Below are positions 35,812 to 47,358 of a DNA stretch of 64,000 nucleotides, in pieces. The first letter of the stretch is position 1, and every line of letters begins with the position of its first letter. A program made the translations under genes and the position numbers. This DNA is from Macrostomum lignano (taxonomy: Eukaryota). Below the pieces are notes generated by a model that saw only the letters and a program-made list of their open reading frames with translations, had not been told where the DNA came from and ran no database searches. The stretch covers positions 496,296 through 560,295 of the forward strand of contig NIVC01000725.1 in assembly GCA_002269645.1 (NCBI GenBank), in the 5' to 3' direction.

Positions 35812-36636
35812 GGTGTAGGACCAAGACCGCCACACACCAAGACCGCCACACTTGGGGGAGCTAGGGGGAGAAATTTGGCTTGCCATATTATTGGATGGTT
35901 GCTGGGGGAGGGGTGAGATGGGGATGACAAGGCCGCGAGAGAGGAACCAATGAGCGGGCCAGGTGGGTAAGTGAGCCCTCCTCGTTTTTTCATTCAATTT
36001 GAATTGTAAAGGAACTATCAATCCTAAATAAACAGCTACTTTTAATACAAAGCTGTGAAAAAAGGCTCTTGACTTAACTGCATTCTTAATTCACAGTTTC
36101 GAATGTGCTCCTTGAGTTGGTTGTCATTCTTATAATTTGTTATAATGTGAGTTTTCATGTGTGATTCGAGCATGTCCAATTTCCAATGCAAATTTGCCAA
36201 TTTGATCGCAGGCAGGCAGGCTAACATGCACTTGTATTTAGAGGTTACGGGATGGTGAGTCATGCAGCCATACCGTTTTTATTACGTGTACATATACAGG
36301 CTTCCTATAAAAACAACACTCAAGTAGTCCGTGATATGTACGAGCTGGGCCTCGATCGAGTTGTACGAGGCCTGTTAAGCAGCTGTCATGCTCACTTTAA
36401 ATCACTCAATCACTAACTCACTCACTCTCTCACCCTCTACATGTATCTCACTCGCTCACTCACTCACTTGCACACTGATCACTCACTCAAAAGTTACTGT
36501 GACGCTTCCTCCTCATCTAACTCCACAACCCATCACAACCAATAGCAATGCTGGAAGATTAGTAGCTCCCCCCTCAATTCCAGTAGCCAGTAAGAGCTGT
36601 GGCGGTCTTGGTGTGTGGCGGTCTTGGTCGTGCGCC
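35812..36636. mobile_element. 825-bp TIR element (GG...GACCAAGACCGCCACACACCAAGACCGCCAC), 8-bp TSD ATGTCATA
   Basis: ~40-bp imperfect TIRs with an internal direct repeat. TSD at 35804-35811 and 36637-36644. GG start and 8-bp TSD are compatible with Merlin (inference). Confidence 0.82.
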
Positions 36637-36790
36637 ATGTCATAGTGCAGAAAGATAGGCCTAGGTAGGCTAGGCCTATATGATAGAAATTTTCTTTGTA
36701 TATTAAGGCTAGCCAATAGCCATTGTACATAGAAATCCTTCTGCACTATAGCTTTAATGCACAATCCTCTGATTCATAGTAGGTAGGGAG

Positions 36791-38735
36791 TAGGGACTCC
36801 AGTGAGGTTACCGTAAAGCTGATAATTACACGAAAAATCATAAAATAATGTTTTTTTAAAAATGAAATTGCCAAGCATAGAAAATGTTTATAGTAAAAAC
36901 AAAATATACATGTTAAAGAAGAGTTTCTATTCTTTTTAATGAGATAAAGAAACAAAAAATATACACATTGTATGCCAAGTAATGTCCCACTGAACTTTGT
37001 CTTTTTTTATACACTCGTTTTGTTGCCAAAAAAGTGACTTTCGAAAGTTCGTTTTTTTGTTGGAAAGCAATTATTTTAACAAAATATAACTATTTATTGA
37101 TACAAACAACTATATTTACAAACATTTTTTGACATTTTCAGAGGAATTTTTTTTTCTTTTCTCCCTATTTAGACAGTATAAAAAATTAAAGTTGAATAAA
37201 AATCGTACCCATATTTCCGAAGCTTAGTAAAACCCGGAAATGAATGCTACTCTGTAATATGATTACATTAAAAAAAACGCACATGTCAATCTACATCTGC
37301 CAAAAAGTTATTGAAGCCTGTTGAAGCAGTAATTTCCTAAGACTATTCTTCTACTGCATTTAATAGAGGAACTTATAGGAATTCTTCACAGCACTTTTAT
37401 ATCTTTCCACATACATCCGCCAAAGAGCAGCAGCAATGTTTGCTTTTTAGTAGCGATACTACTTACATACTACTTATATAAAAAGTGGCTTATTATGGCT
37501 TTTCTTAACCAAAAAGAAGATGTTTTACCATTGCAAATTAGTTTTGAAGGCAAAATAATACAAATAAATGTATGCTTTAGCTTATTGAGCTATAGCAATT
37601 GCAATCCCAATAAGTGACCCCTTGAATGCACGTAACCTTGGTCTGCAATTCAAACTCCCATAAAAATGAACTGAATTTCATAAGAAATTGTGTTTACTCC
37701 ATTTGTAAGTTTAATAAGCAACTTCACAATATACAATTTTAAGTACAATATATTTTTAAATACTTCTTTACACTTGTTTACAGATATAAATGTTCATCGG
37801 TAACTTTATTCACAATATACAAATTTTACAATAAGGATAGGCTCAATCAAAAAATATACAAGACAATAGTATCAACAATTATTTACCTATATGTTTTACA
37901 GTTAAAAAGCAAAGCAGACAATATACATTATGTGTGTAAAGACAATAAGCATTAAATATATGCTAACTTCAGTCTTTAATTGCAGCTACTCAACAAGCAA
38001 TAATATTGAAAAAAGAACAAGAGCTTTTAAATAAACCAAAGTACACAAAAAACATTTTCATATGTTTTTCATTAAAAAAACAAATCAAACTTTATATATA
38101 GGCCTATTCATTAGTCTAAAAAATATAATCATTCAAAGTTGAAAAATGTGCAATTTTAAGATATGCTATCAAGTTCCAATAGCAAAAAATTCACAAAATT
38201 GGTGAATTTTTTAACCTTTGTCAGTATATAGGAAAAAATGGTATAAAAATATATACTTTTATATGTTGTGGAGTAAACAAAAAAAGATTTCAGAAAAAGC
38301 AATTAACTTTTAAATAATAGTCATTTGAAATTTTAATTTTGCTCTATTTTTGACGTGTATTTTTCACTTTTAAAAAATTCAAATGCAAACCCCAAGAAAG
38401 ATACATTAGAAAGAATAAAAACAATTTGTTAATCTTATGTAGAACTGCTTGGTCTTTAAAATGATACCAGACTCAATATTGTATGTTGAATAGCAAAAAA
38501 GATATGACAACAAAAAGTGAAAAATTTTGTTTTTGTACATCTAATAGCAACAATCTATAATGTATTTTTCCTATCTAAAAAATGTAATTTTTGGGGACAA
38601 AAAATGCTATAACTTTTTATTACTCAACCAAATTTAATAAGTGAAGCCATTTTGTGATGCTGTTATTGTCCTCTATCAGATACATATCTGAAAATATATA
38701 AATTTTAAAGTTTCAAAATCTCACTGGAGTCCCTA
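36791..38735. mobile_element. ~1.95-kb non-autonomous DNA transposon, 16-bp TIR TAGGGACTCCAGTGAG, copy 1
   Basis: Perfect TIRs; colinear with 51169-53489. 7-bp TSD TAGTAGG at 36777-36783 (followed by an extra tagggag) and 38736-38742. Confidence 0.9.
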
Positions 38736-39208
38736 TAGTAGGGCACCAGCTGTGCAATTTACTTTTTGACCAAAAATGCAACTTAAAAAATAGGTAGTTG
38801 TTATTGTTATAGTGACCATATAAATAACAAATTGGTTATTTTTACAGTTTATGCATAAGACACTATGCGGGCCTATGGTCTTTATTTAATATAACTATAT
38901 TATATAAATAGCAAAACTGTTATTTTTATAGTCACCGTAGGTAGGAAGCAAAATGGCTATTTTTACAGTCATGTAAAAGAAATTTCTGTTGAATTACAAG
39001 GTAATAGTTAACAATTACCTCAAGTAAGCTACCATGACAAGAACCACTAGAAGTTACTATTGTATTTATTGATAAAACATTTTTTATTTTTTAAATTTAA
39101 CCATCATAGTATTTGAATAGCAAGTTTGTCACTTCATTTAGATGGTATTTGTTTTAAGTGTTAACCGTAAAAATAACAGTCTTGCTAGCCTATTTATATG
39201 GTCATTTT

Positions 39209-39626
39209 GGCAAAGTCCTACTTTGCTGCATTAAATTATTTTGACGATAAAAAGTTAAAATCACGCTAATTAGAGTTACAGTTACACTGGAGTAGAGTTA
39301 GGAGAGTAGTTAGAAGGACGTAGGCCCATGTCAGCAATTAATAGTAGTGAGCAACCCAGTACATGAAGTTGCCGAACGTCTTCTCCGGGAAGAGGTGGCG
39401 CCAGAGGAACTCATTCAGGTGAGTCTCGAACAGTGCATCACTCGTGCCATGCATCCTTCGGAATTTGTCCTTGACATGTGCCCACGATCCCTCAATGGTG
39501 TTGGTGTGCACGGTGGGGTCGTTAGGGTCGAAAAAGTGCAGACGGTGGTTCACCGACACTTGATTTTAGCGTGATTTTAACTTTTTATCATCAAAATAAT
39601 TTAACGCAGCAAAGTAGGACTTTGCC
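39209..39626 (-). mobile_element. Merlin (IS1595/ISXO2-like DDE) deletion derivative, 418 bp
   Basis: ~62-bp near-perfect TIRs starting GGCAAAGTCC; 8-bp TSD GTCATTTT at 39201-39208 and 39627-39634. Internal ORF 39559-39338 (VNH..FFDP...HTNTIEGSW..VK...HG....HLNEFLWR) is the transposase C-terminus. Confidence 0.92.
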
Positions 39627-39689
39627 GTCATTTTAACAATAACAACTGCCTAAAAAATAGGCCCTAAGCCCTACCTAAGGCCTATATCT

Positions 39690-39863
39690 ATATAAAAAAT
39701 CAAAGCAAAAATTGAAATAATTGTGTGGGTAAATGGCAGGAGTAGGCCTAACTATGACTGTACTGTAAAGGCTAAATGCCTTATCTTACTGATTAATTAT
39801 TACTAGGGCCTAGTCAATTTACTAGGCAAGATCGGCTGGCTTGGCTGGTGTTATGCATGTATG
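39690..39863. mobile_element. Degenerate right half of the CATACATG-TIR MITE
   Basis: gggtaaatggcaggagta..actatgact..gctaaatgcc and terminal gcatgtatg match the other copies. Confidence 0.65.
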
Positions 39864-42800
39864 GTTGCTAGAAATTTTTTGTTTCTAAATAGGCGGGGAT
39901 AGGCCCCTGGGTTTTTTTGTGCGCAGAGTGTGCGTATGCACCCTAAATTTTAAAATCGCACCCTGAAATTAAAAAAGTAGGTGCGGTCTTATAACCATTT
40001 TTCTTTAAAGGCGAGATAACAGACAAGAGGTCAAGGCATTCTTTGTACAAAGATGTATAGACATAAGACATGTCTATATACATTCCCAGTTGTCTGAAAC
40101 AAGACTCAAGAGAAATTGCACTCTGAGCCTTAAAATCACACCTTGAAATTTGGCACAAGGTGCGATTTCGCACCTTGTCTCTGGCGAAAAAAAACCCAGA
40201 TAGGCCCTATGCATGGGAAACTGTGAGAGGACAGGTCTACAGATTTTTTGTAAAGGTACGCCTGGGCGTTTTTGGAGCACTTAATATGATGCTGGTTATC
40301 TAGCTTTTGGCATAGTTCTCTTTCTTTGTGCATGTGAAGGTGCTTTTTCACGAGGTATTTCTAGGCCCTACCTGTCTTCGTTAAAGCTTCGGAAAGGTTT
40401 TACTTACCTTCAATTTCTTCAAAGTAGTAGTAGTAGTAGTAAGAATTTGGCTCAGGCAATTAGCCTGTTTGGCCAAATATACTAAAGGGCATTGTATTTG
40501 GAGAAATTTTTGAAATAGAAGTTTAAAGAAGATTCAACGTAAGTTATTTGTAAAAGATAAAGTATTTGAAAGCGCGCCAGAAATTTTTACGGTATTCTTG
40601 GACGAAAAGTGACGACTAACAACGAAACGACAAATTCAAAGTATTCAAATAAGCGAATTATAATATGAGTATGAATATGAGTATGGATGAGTATAGCTAT
40701 GAGTACAAAAATGAGTACGTACTCATATTTCGTACATATTCAAATCATCGAATCATTCCACTTTTGAATTGTAACCATCATATCGTATAAAAATCTTTAA
40801 AGGGTCTTAGACTTAGAATAACAAAAAAGTGAGACAAATTTTATGGTTTTAAACGTTTTAAGCAGAATTTTAAGCAGAAAAAGACAGATATTTTTTGAAT
40901 CACAAAAAATTTGTAATGTTACAACTGTTTAGTATGGGGTTATATACAAAGGTGCATTTTGCCGTTAATAGTAAGATTGAATAGGATTACCCCGCATGCA
41001 GCCTTGTTTCCATCAATGATTTTCTCATTTCTTAAATCAGCAATCAGCATCACTTAATTCAGTCCAGGTTCTTTTTCCGACTTTTTGTGTGCTTCATCAG
41101 TTCCCGTCCGAAACCCATCTCAGAGACCTAGCTGAGTGTCTGATCTGAGGCTACTGCACCACCCTCTCATGCAGCGATCCATTAAGTCCAGAAGGATCTG
41201 CTGACTAGTTTTTGAAGTCCTAATTAAATCTACGCGGAGTGCTGAGTTCACTCGATCTATTTAACTTCGTTCGAACACGGACCCTCACCTCATGGGACCC
41301 CACTAATTGACCAAAATTGCGTTGAATTACAAAAAATTACATAGAAAATTACATAATTATTATCAATTTATTGTAATTAATTACATGCTAATAAATTGCA
41401 ATTTTTCCAATGTAGCAATAAATTGTAATTAATTGCAAGCCAATAAATTGCAATAGTGGCAATCTATTGCCATTTAGACCCAAGGCAATCCCATGAGTAA
41501 CACATCTACATGTATTGAAAATATCTTTTACTAGATATCCAACAAACCTAATATAGAAAAAAATAAATAACACAATAAAAGAGGCAAGCAAGGCAATGTG
41601 ATCTTTTGTTTCTTTTAAATCATGATGTAAAAATTGTATAAATTTTTTATTCTTGTAGAAGAACAAACTGGGGTACAGTTCCCCATTTATTAAAATTTAT
41701 TAAAACTACTAGGTTAGACACTCAAGTATATCATCATGAGGTTTTAGATCTCAATAGGAACCATATAAAAATGAATAAATAAAACAAAATGCATTAAATA
41801 AAAACATTAAAAACAAATTTTAATATTTAATGTGTCAAAATTTACCAAATACAAAAGTCAACCAATGTAGTATACTTAGCAATATTGAAAGGTTGCCATT
41901 CTATGTGCCAGTGCCAGTGAGCAATTTCTCTTAGATTATTCTGAAATGCAAGATATAAGACAAAGTGATTAGGGTAGCTTTATTCCATCCAACATATAAA
42001 TGCATTGTATGATTAATATACCTTAGCTTATTTATCTTTTTTATTATCTATATGACTATAGCCCCAATGTACTTTTCAAGATTTTCATGTAAATAGAACA
42101 AGTCAGCCACATGTGGAATGGCCACATTTTGTTTTACGGAGCCATTCTTCATGTGGCCATTTTGACAACATCTTAATAATAAGATAGCATAAAAAAGCTT
42201 ATATTAACTTTTTATATAAAATAGGCCTAATATAAATTTTTACTTTTAAATAATAGGGCCTAGGCCCTATTTAATTGCCAAATAGGCCCTAATCTAAAAT
42301 TATAAATTTTAATTATTAACAGCCAATACCAATATCCTCACTATTATTAGCAATTAATCAGCCTTCAATGATTATAAATTATCTAGCTACTAGTTTATAA
42401 AGTCTTTCAAAAGCAATTTATCAACTTAGTCTATTACTCTGCCTTATTAGGATAATAGTCAAGGGCCTAGCTATTACTTATAACCCACCCTATACTAAAT
42501 CTATATATTTGTCTAGACATCATTAATTTTTCTAATTTTTGCATAAGAATTTTGAATTAATTAAAATTACACTATTTTAAAGTCTAGACTAGGCTTATAA
42601 AAGCCTAGCTAAAGTCAAAGATTAGTCTAAGGGGAGTTATAGGACCATTCTTAGGTAGGCAGTAGGCTGCCTGACAATAGTAAAAAGAAAATAAGTCTAG
42701 CTTGTCTAATAAAAATGTATATTACAATAATTATAACAAAAATATAGACCTATTCAAAACTAAAACTTTTAGCCTATAGAATAAGTCATTAAATAAGCTT

Positions 42801-43829
42801 TTTTATCTAGTTAATGATAGAATTCAACTGATAAAAGCATAGCCAGCCATAGGCCTAGTCCATATAGGCCCTTCCCTTATAATATTTAAATAGGCCCTAA
42901 GCTAAGGCCTATGGCTAATTTTGAATGTCTCATCATTGATTTGAAACCAGTCACACTGTTTCATACTAAGAGCTTGCATCGAAGTCAATATGTAGCGGAG
43001 CTTAAATATATATTTAGCTAAAATGGTTAAAATTTGCTAAAATAGCTAAAGTTGCGCAATTACTGTATCACTATATGGTATAGCATTCTGTCATCTGAAT
43101 TATTTTACTATATTTACAATCGTTAGAATAATCACACCAGACTTTGATCAAAAAAAGCAGGCTATAATAGTTTAAACAAATACTTCCAAGTCAAGTCTGT
43201 AACTGAATATTATTTCAAGTATTTTGCTATAAGATATAAACTATCTAAATAATTTGCATCAAATCTTCACTTCACAAGAAAGAAAAATATTCGCCATTAA
43301 AACAGTAAAACTTTTAAATAGCAACCAATGTTCTTTAATTATAATTAACTACACTCTAATAAATGGCAATTTTGGCACTTTCCTAAGAAATTGTAATTTT
43401 TATACTTCAAAGACAATATCTTGTCATTTTTGCAATAAACTACGCAATTTGGTCAATAAGTGCCGCGAAGGTGCTGGTGGCAGCAATATACCAAGCTATG
43501 AAAGGCTACTATTAAAGAGCTTAATTAATTACCTCCTCGATCAGCTACCGTACACGAGTTAGCAGGCGTCCAGCAGAAGATCGAGGTACAATTAAGGAGA
43601 TCGGCTGTATACTCGTACCACTGAAGGAATTATGCCCACAACTTTGGTCACACACACTCTACGATCGAAGCACACTGTCTCTGCAGACGAGTAGATTTGA
43701 ATAATCAGGGCTCGATTTGACCATGACGCTGCTAGTGGTTCGAGCAGCTTCTGCGTGCTGCAGAAATGTGGTTTCCATCTAACAGTATGCACTTAAAAAA
43801 TCAGAATGTACATTTCAGATGTGGCTAAT

Positions 43830-44226
43830 CCCTAGAGGACATTCTGTTTCTCAAACTTAGCAGATCTTGTCTCTGTGCCATTCTTAGCAGATCTTCTCAA
43901 TCTGCTCGGTTCTTGCAGGATCTTCTAAGATGGGAGGTACATTTGTTTTGTTATTCATTTGCGTTTGGTTATAAAGTTTTCTAGCTGAACTATATTTATT
44001 TTATGACAAAAAGGGACAATAAATTTAAGAAAATATGCGATTCAAAGCTATAAAAAGATATAAAAGCTAAGATCTTGTACGATGTAGCAAGTCGCCCAGA
44101 TCTGGTAAGTTTACCTAAGTTATTATAGCGAAGATCTTTGCACGTTCTTGCAAGTGCTTGCGCAGCAACCCAAGAAGATATATAGACAAGATCTGCTAAG
44201 AATCAACACGTCAATGTCTTCTAGGG
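43830..44226. mobile_element. ~400-bp MITE with imperfect TIRs starting CCCTAGA, rich in AGATCT
   Basis: Left ccctagaggacatt..cttagcagatcttgtct; right agacaagatctgctaag..aatgtcttctaggg. Second copy at 19200-19523. No TSD recognised. Confidence 0.7.
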
Positions 44227-44789
44227 ATTGTACAGCTGTAATACATTTAGTTTGCATGTGGCTCTGGAAGCAATTTCGCAAATCTCACGGTGCAGCGAGA
44301 AGGCAAATTACTAGTATGCCCATTTCACGGAGGTACTGAGAATTGAGCATTGCATGTGCGCTGAAACGGGGTTAAACGGTGCAGGTTCTGTCTTTACACA
44401 GAAGTCGTGATCTAGCGCCCCAGTGCAAGGACTATATCTTCTAGTGGTCCTTGCTCGGTGCTGGCGCTCCCTGATACATGTAAAAAATCCTGGCCACGCA
44501 TATTGCATGGAATACGCTTTGCACTAGCAATTAGCGCTGCGATTCAGTAACAGCAACGGTGCTTTATGAATCTGCGATTTGATTTAAGGCTCAACGGGAT
44601 CTATTTGGTTGCTAAGGGATGCTAAGGTGAATAGCAGGAAGTCAATCCTGGTTGCTAGGGATGCTAAGATGAATAGCAGGAAGGTTGCTAGGGACACCAA
44701 ATAAAAAGCAGGGGTGTCAATATTTGTTACACCAAGACAAATTGCTTGTAGTTTATAGATGGTAAGAATAGGGCCATTCTTAGGACCGT

Positions 44790-45060
44790 TCTCTGTTCTC
44801 TGTTGGCCCTGCGACCGACAAGTACGCACAGGTGCTCGATGGGACCTCTGGACGCGACCAGGTCGAGGGTCGGACAGCGGGCTAAAGCGAAGCACTCGCC
44901 GAACAGAGCTGGCAGTTCACCACTCCGGACTCCGACAATGACGACTAGAGCGGAGGCAGATGCGCATAGATCGCCGGGTGGTGGTACGGCGAGTGCGCGT
45001 TAATGTCCCCGAACGGAATCTACAAAGATTATGCCCATATTAACACTAACAAAAATGGCG
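44790..45060 (+). pseudogene. Decayed duplicate of the 3' part of the fibrinogen domain
   Basis: Aligns with 47030-47270 (ggtgctcgatgggacctctggacgcga...ccggactccgacaatgacgact) and has frameshifts and stops. Confidence 0.85.
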
Positions 45061-45224
45061 TGTAGAAGATGGGTGGTATATCAACACTTCTTGACAAGCC
45101 TGCATGCTAGCTATAGCGTTTTGGAAGTCGGGAACAGGCACTCAAAATTGGGAGTAGAAGCTTTGGTAACTTGACTTTCCACAGACTTGTCTCCAGACAA
45201 CCAAAGTGAAATTTCGTGCTCAAT

Positions 45225-45660
45225 CCGATAGAATTCCACCGGCGGGGAGCCATTAAAGAGTGTCATATCGTCATATCGTGTCGTCTTTCAGTCCAAAGCG
45301 CTGCCCGATTGCCAGATTGCTCGGCTGTGGCTGGCGGTGGTCGAGACCGACCTGCTGTACAACGCCGAGATGTGGACGGTCGTTACGTGCGGCCTTTGAA
45401 GCTGACGAGAGCGTCTGGTCCGTGGCCCTGTACAAGAGGGCCGAGCCTGTCCAGGACATCCTGCAGCTCATTTTGCAGGGGTCAGGCGGGGTTAAGCGAG
45501 AACCTGGAGATACGTGGACAGCGTCTTGAGCGACTCTGGGGTGCACGACACAATCAATGGGCCGGACTTTGTTCGCTCGCTTGCACTTCGGCGCGCGATC
45601 TGACGCTCCGATCCACTTTCTTACTGGGGCGCTGCACACTTTGTTGTTGTTGTTGTTATC
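45225..45660 (+). mobile_element. 5'-truncated, decayed RTE-like LINE 3' end with (TTG)n tail
   Basis: Multi-frame ALPDCQIARLWLAVVETDLLYNAEMWT ... PVQDILQLILQG ... YVDSVLSDSG..FVRSLALRRAI* resembles the post-RT C-terminus of RTE-clade LINEs. Microsatellite tail at 45641-45660. Confidence 0.65.
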
Positions 45661-45699
45661 ATACCATTCCATTTCTAATCGTCATACAACAATCACAGT

Positions 45700-45860
45700 A
45701 ACAGTGACCGCAAAGGCGAGTCCTTTGCCCCGCCACATGCCCTCCTCCATACGTGGGGCACCAGACCGCCGAGGTAGTTGAACCGCTGGCAGCGTGTCAG
45801 CGGTGTCTTCTGTCCGTCTGCGCCGCGGTATGTCAGATCCGCTGGTAATGTCATCCGTAA
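45700..45860 (-). mobile_element. Inverted fragment of the same LINE family (RT thumb region)
   Basis: Minus-strand DGQKTPLTRCQRFNYLGGLVP followed, after a frameshift, by EEGMWRGKGLAFA. Confidence 0.5.
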
Positions 45861-46176
45861 CGGTGAGCACCTTATTTTCCTTAAATCTGCACACCTACAC
45901 CTATTAATATGCCTATCCAGACCTGCGACGCCCACCAGTTGTCATAATCCCATGCAGCTATATGGATCATTACCATAGCTGTACACTGAGTGGGGAACCA
46001 GAAAATTCTCTTCCCTCATTCGCTTGTGCGTTCATTGTTGCCAAGCAGTTGCACATAAACAAAACTCAGTCACCCACCTCCAAACTCAAGTTATCAAAGC
46101 GGAGCCTCACGCGAGGCCAACAACCAGAGCAAAACTGTGGAATCTCAAACAACTATAGCTGCTGTCTCACGGAACA

Positions 46177-47358
46177 ATGCATTCTCTGCTCTTCATCTGC
46201 GCTGTCATGGCGACTGCTACGGCCGCACACTCCGGCTGGGAGCACCACCGAGGCGACCTCGTCGAGTACCGGGTGCTGGGGGTAAAATTGGCCATCAGCG
46301 ACATTCACTGTACGATGGTTGCTGAGAACGCAGATGCCGTCCGCTTCGACGCGGCCTCGGGCTCCTGCTCGCTGCTGGCCTGCGATCGGGGAGCGATGGA
46401 CGCCTGCAGGAAGTGCCGGCACGCCAGCGACTCCAGCCTGCCTCAGCTGTGGGTGAGTGAGATGATCTTTGCTTTGTGGCTTGTGCACTTTGCAGCACCG
46501 CATCAATATGCGTGCACGAAATGCAGCACCGCATCAATATGCGTGCACGAAATGCAGCACCGCATCAATATGCGTGCACGAAATGCAGCACCGCATCAAT
46601 ATGCGTGCACGAAATGCAGCACCGCATCAATATGCGTGCACGAAATGCAGCACCGCATCAATATGCGTGCACGAAATGCAACACTGCATCAATATGCGTG
46701 CATGAAATGCAGCACCGCATCAATATGCGTGCACGAAATGCAGCACCGCATCAATATGCGTGCACGAAATACAGCACCGCATCGCCCATTGCAGATGAGG
46801 AAGCCGGTGAAGTGCTGGACGACCTTTCAGCACAGAGTCGACGGCTCCGTCAGCTTCAACCGGAACTGGGCGGACTACGCGAGCGGATTCGGTCAGGGCG
46901 AGAGTCTCAACTACTGGATGGGACTGGAACAGCTCCACCAGCTCACCGCCACTGGAGTGTGGAGAGTCCGCTGGGAGTTCAGCGACTGGAACGGCACCTG
47001 GTACTGGGCTGAGAATGCTCCGTTCTCTGTTGGTCCAGCGAGCGACAAGTTCAGGTGCTCGATGGGACCTCTGGACGCGAGCAGGTCGAGTGTCGGACAG
47101 CGGACTGAAGCGCACTTCTCGACGAACAACTGGCAGTTCAGCACGCCGGACTCCGACAATGACGACTGGAGCGAAGGCAGCTGCGCACCGATCTCCGGCT
47201 GGTGGTACGGCCAGTGTTCATTTATGAACCCGAACGCAGTCTACAAAGAGTATCCCAATATTAACACACAGGGAATCTATTACTACCTTCATGAGTCTGG
47301 TAGCGCACTTGTTATGTCGTACTCGATGAAGACGTTTGAGTGCCTGATTTTCAACTGA
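46177..47358 (+). CDS. Secreted fibrinogen-related protein: signal peptide + Cys-rich PAN/apple-like region + FReD, 2 exons, 279 aa
   Basis: Exons 46177-46452 and 46795-47358 with a phase-0 intron GTGAGT...ttgcag. WTTFQHRVDGSVSFNRNWADYASGFG, YWMGLEQLHQLT, FSTPDSDND, C....GWWYGQC are FReD hallmarks. The PAN-like call is tentative. Confidence 0.9.
   Translation: MHSLLFICAVMATATAAHSGWEHHRGDLVEYRVLGVKLAISDIHCTMVAENADAVRFDAASGSCSLLACDRGAMDACRKCRHASDSSLPQLWVSEMIFALWLVHFAAPHQYACTKCSTASICVHEMQHRINMRARNAAPHQYACTKCSTASICVHEMQHRINMRARNATLHQYACMKCSTASICVHEMQHRINMRARNTAPHRPLQMRKPVKCWTTFQHRVDGSVSFNRNWADYASGFGQGESLNYWMGLEQLHQLTATGVWRVRWEFSDWNGTWYWAENAPFSVGPASDKFRCSMGPLDASRSSVGQRTEAHFSTNNWQFSTPDSDNDDWSEGSCAPISGWWYGQCSFMNPNAVYKEYPNINTQGIYYYLHESGSALVMSYSMKTFECLIFN
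46495..46780. repeat. 31-bp minisatellite (aatgcagcaccgcatcaatatgcgtgcacga) in the FReD intron
   Basis: About nine tandem copies. Confidence 0.95.

Noticed and set aside
41085-41130. Possible hammerhead ribozyme (CTGATGA on minus, GAAAC nearby on plus); also ggcccgaaggccga at ~18270
   Set aside because: The core motifs are on opposite strands or CTGANGA is missing, and stems I-III cannot be formed.
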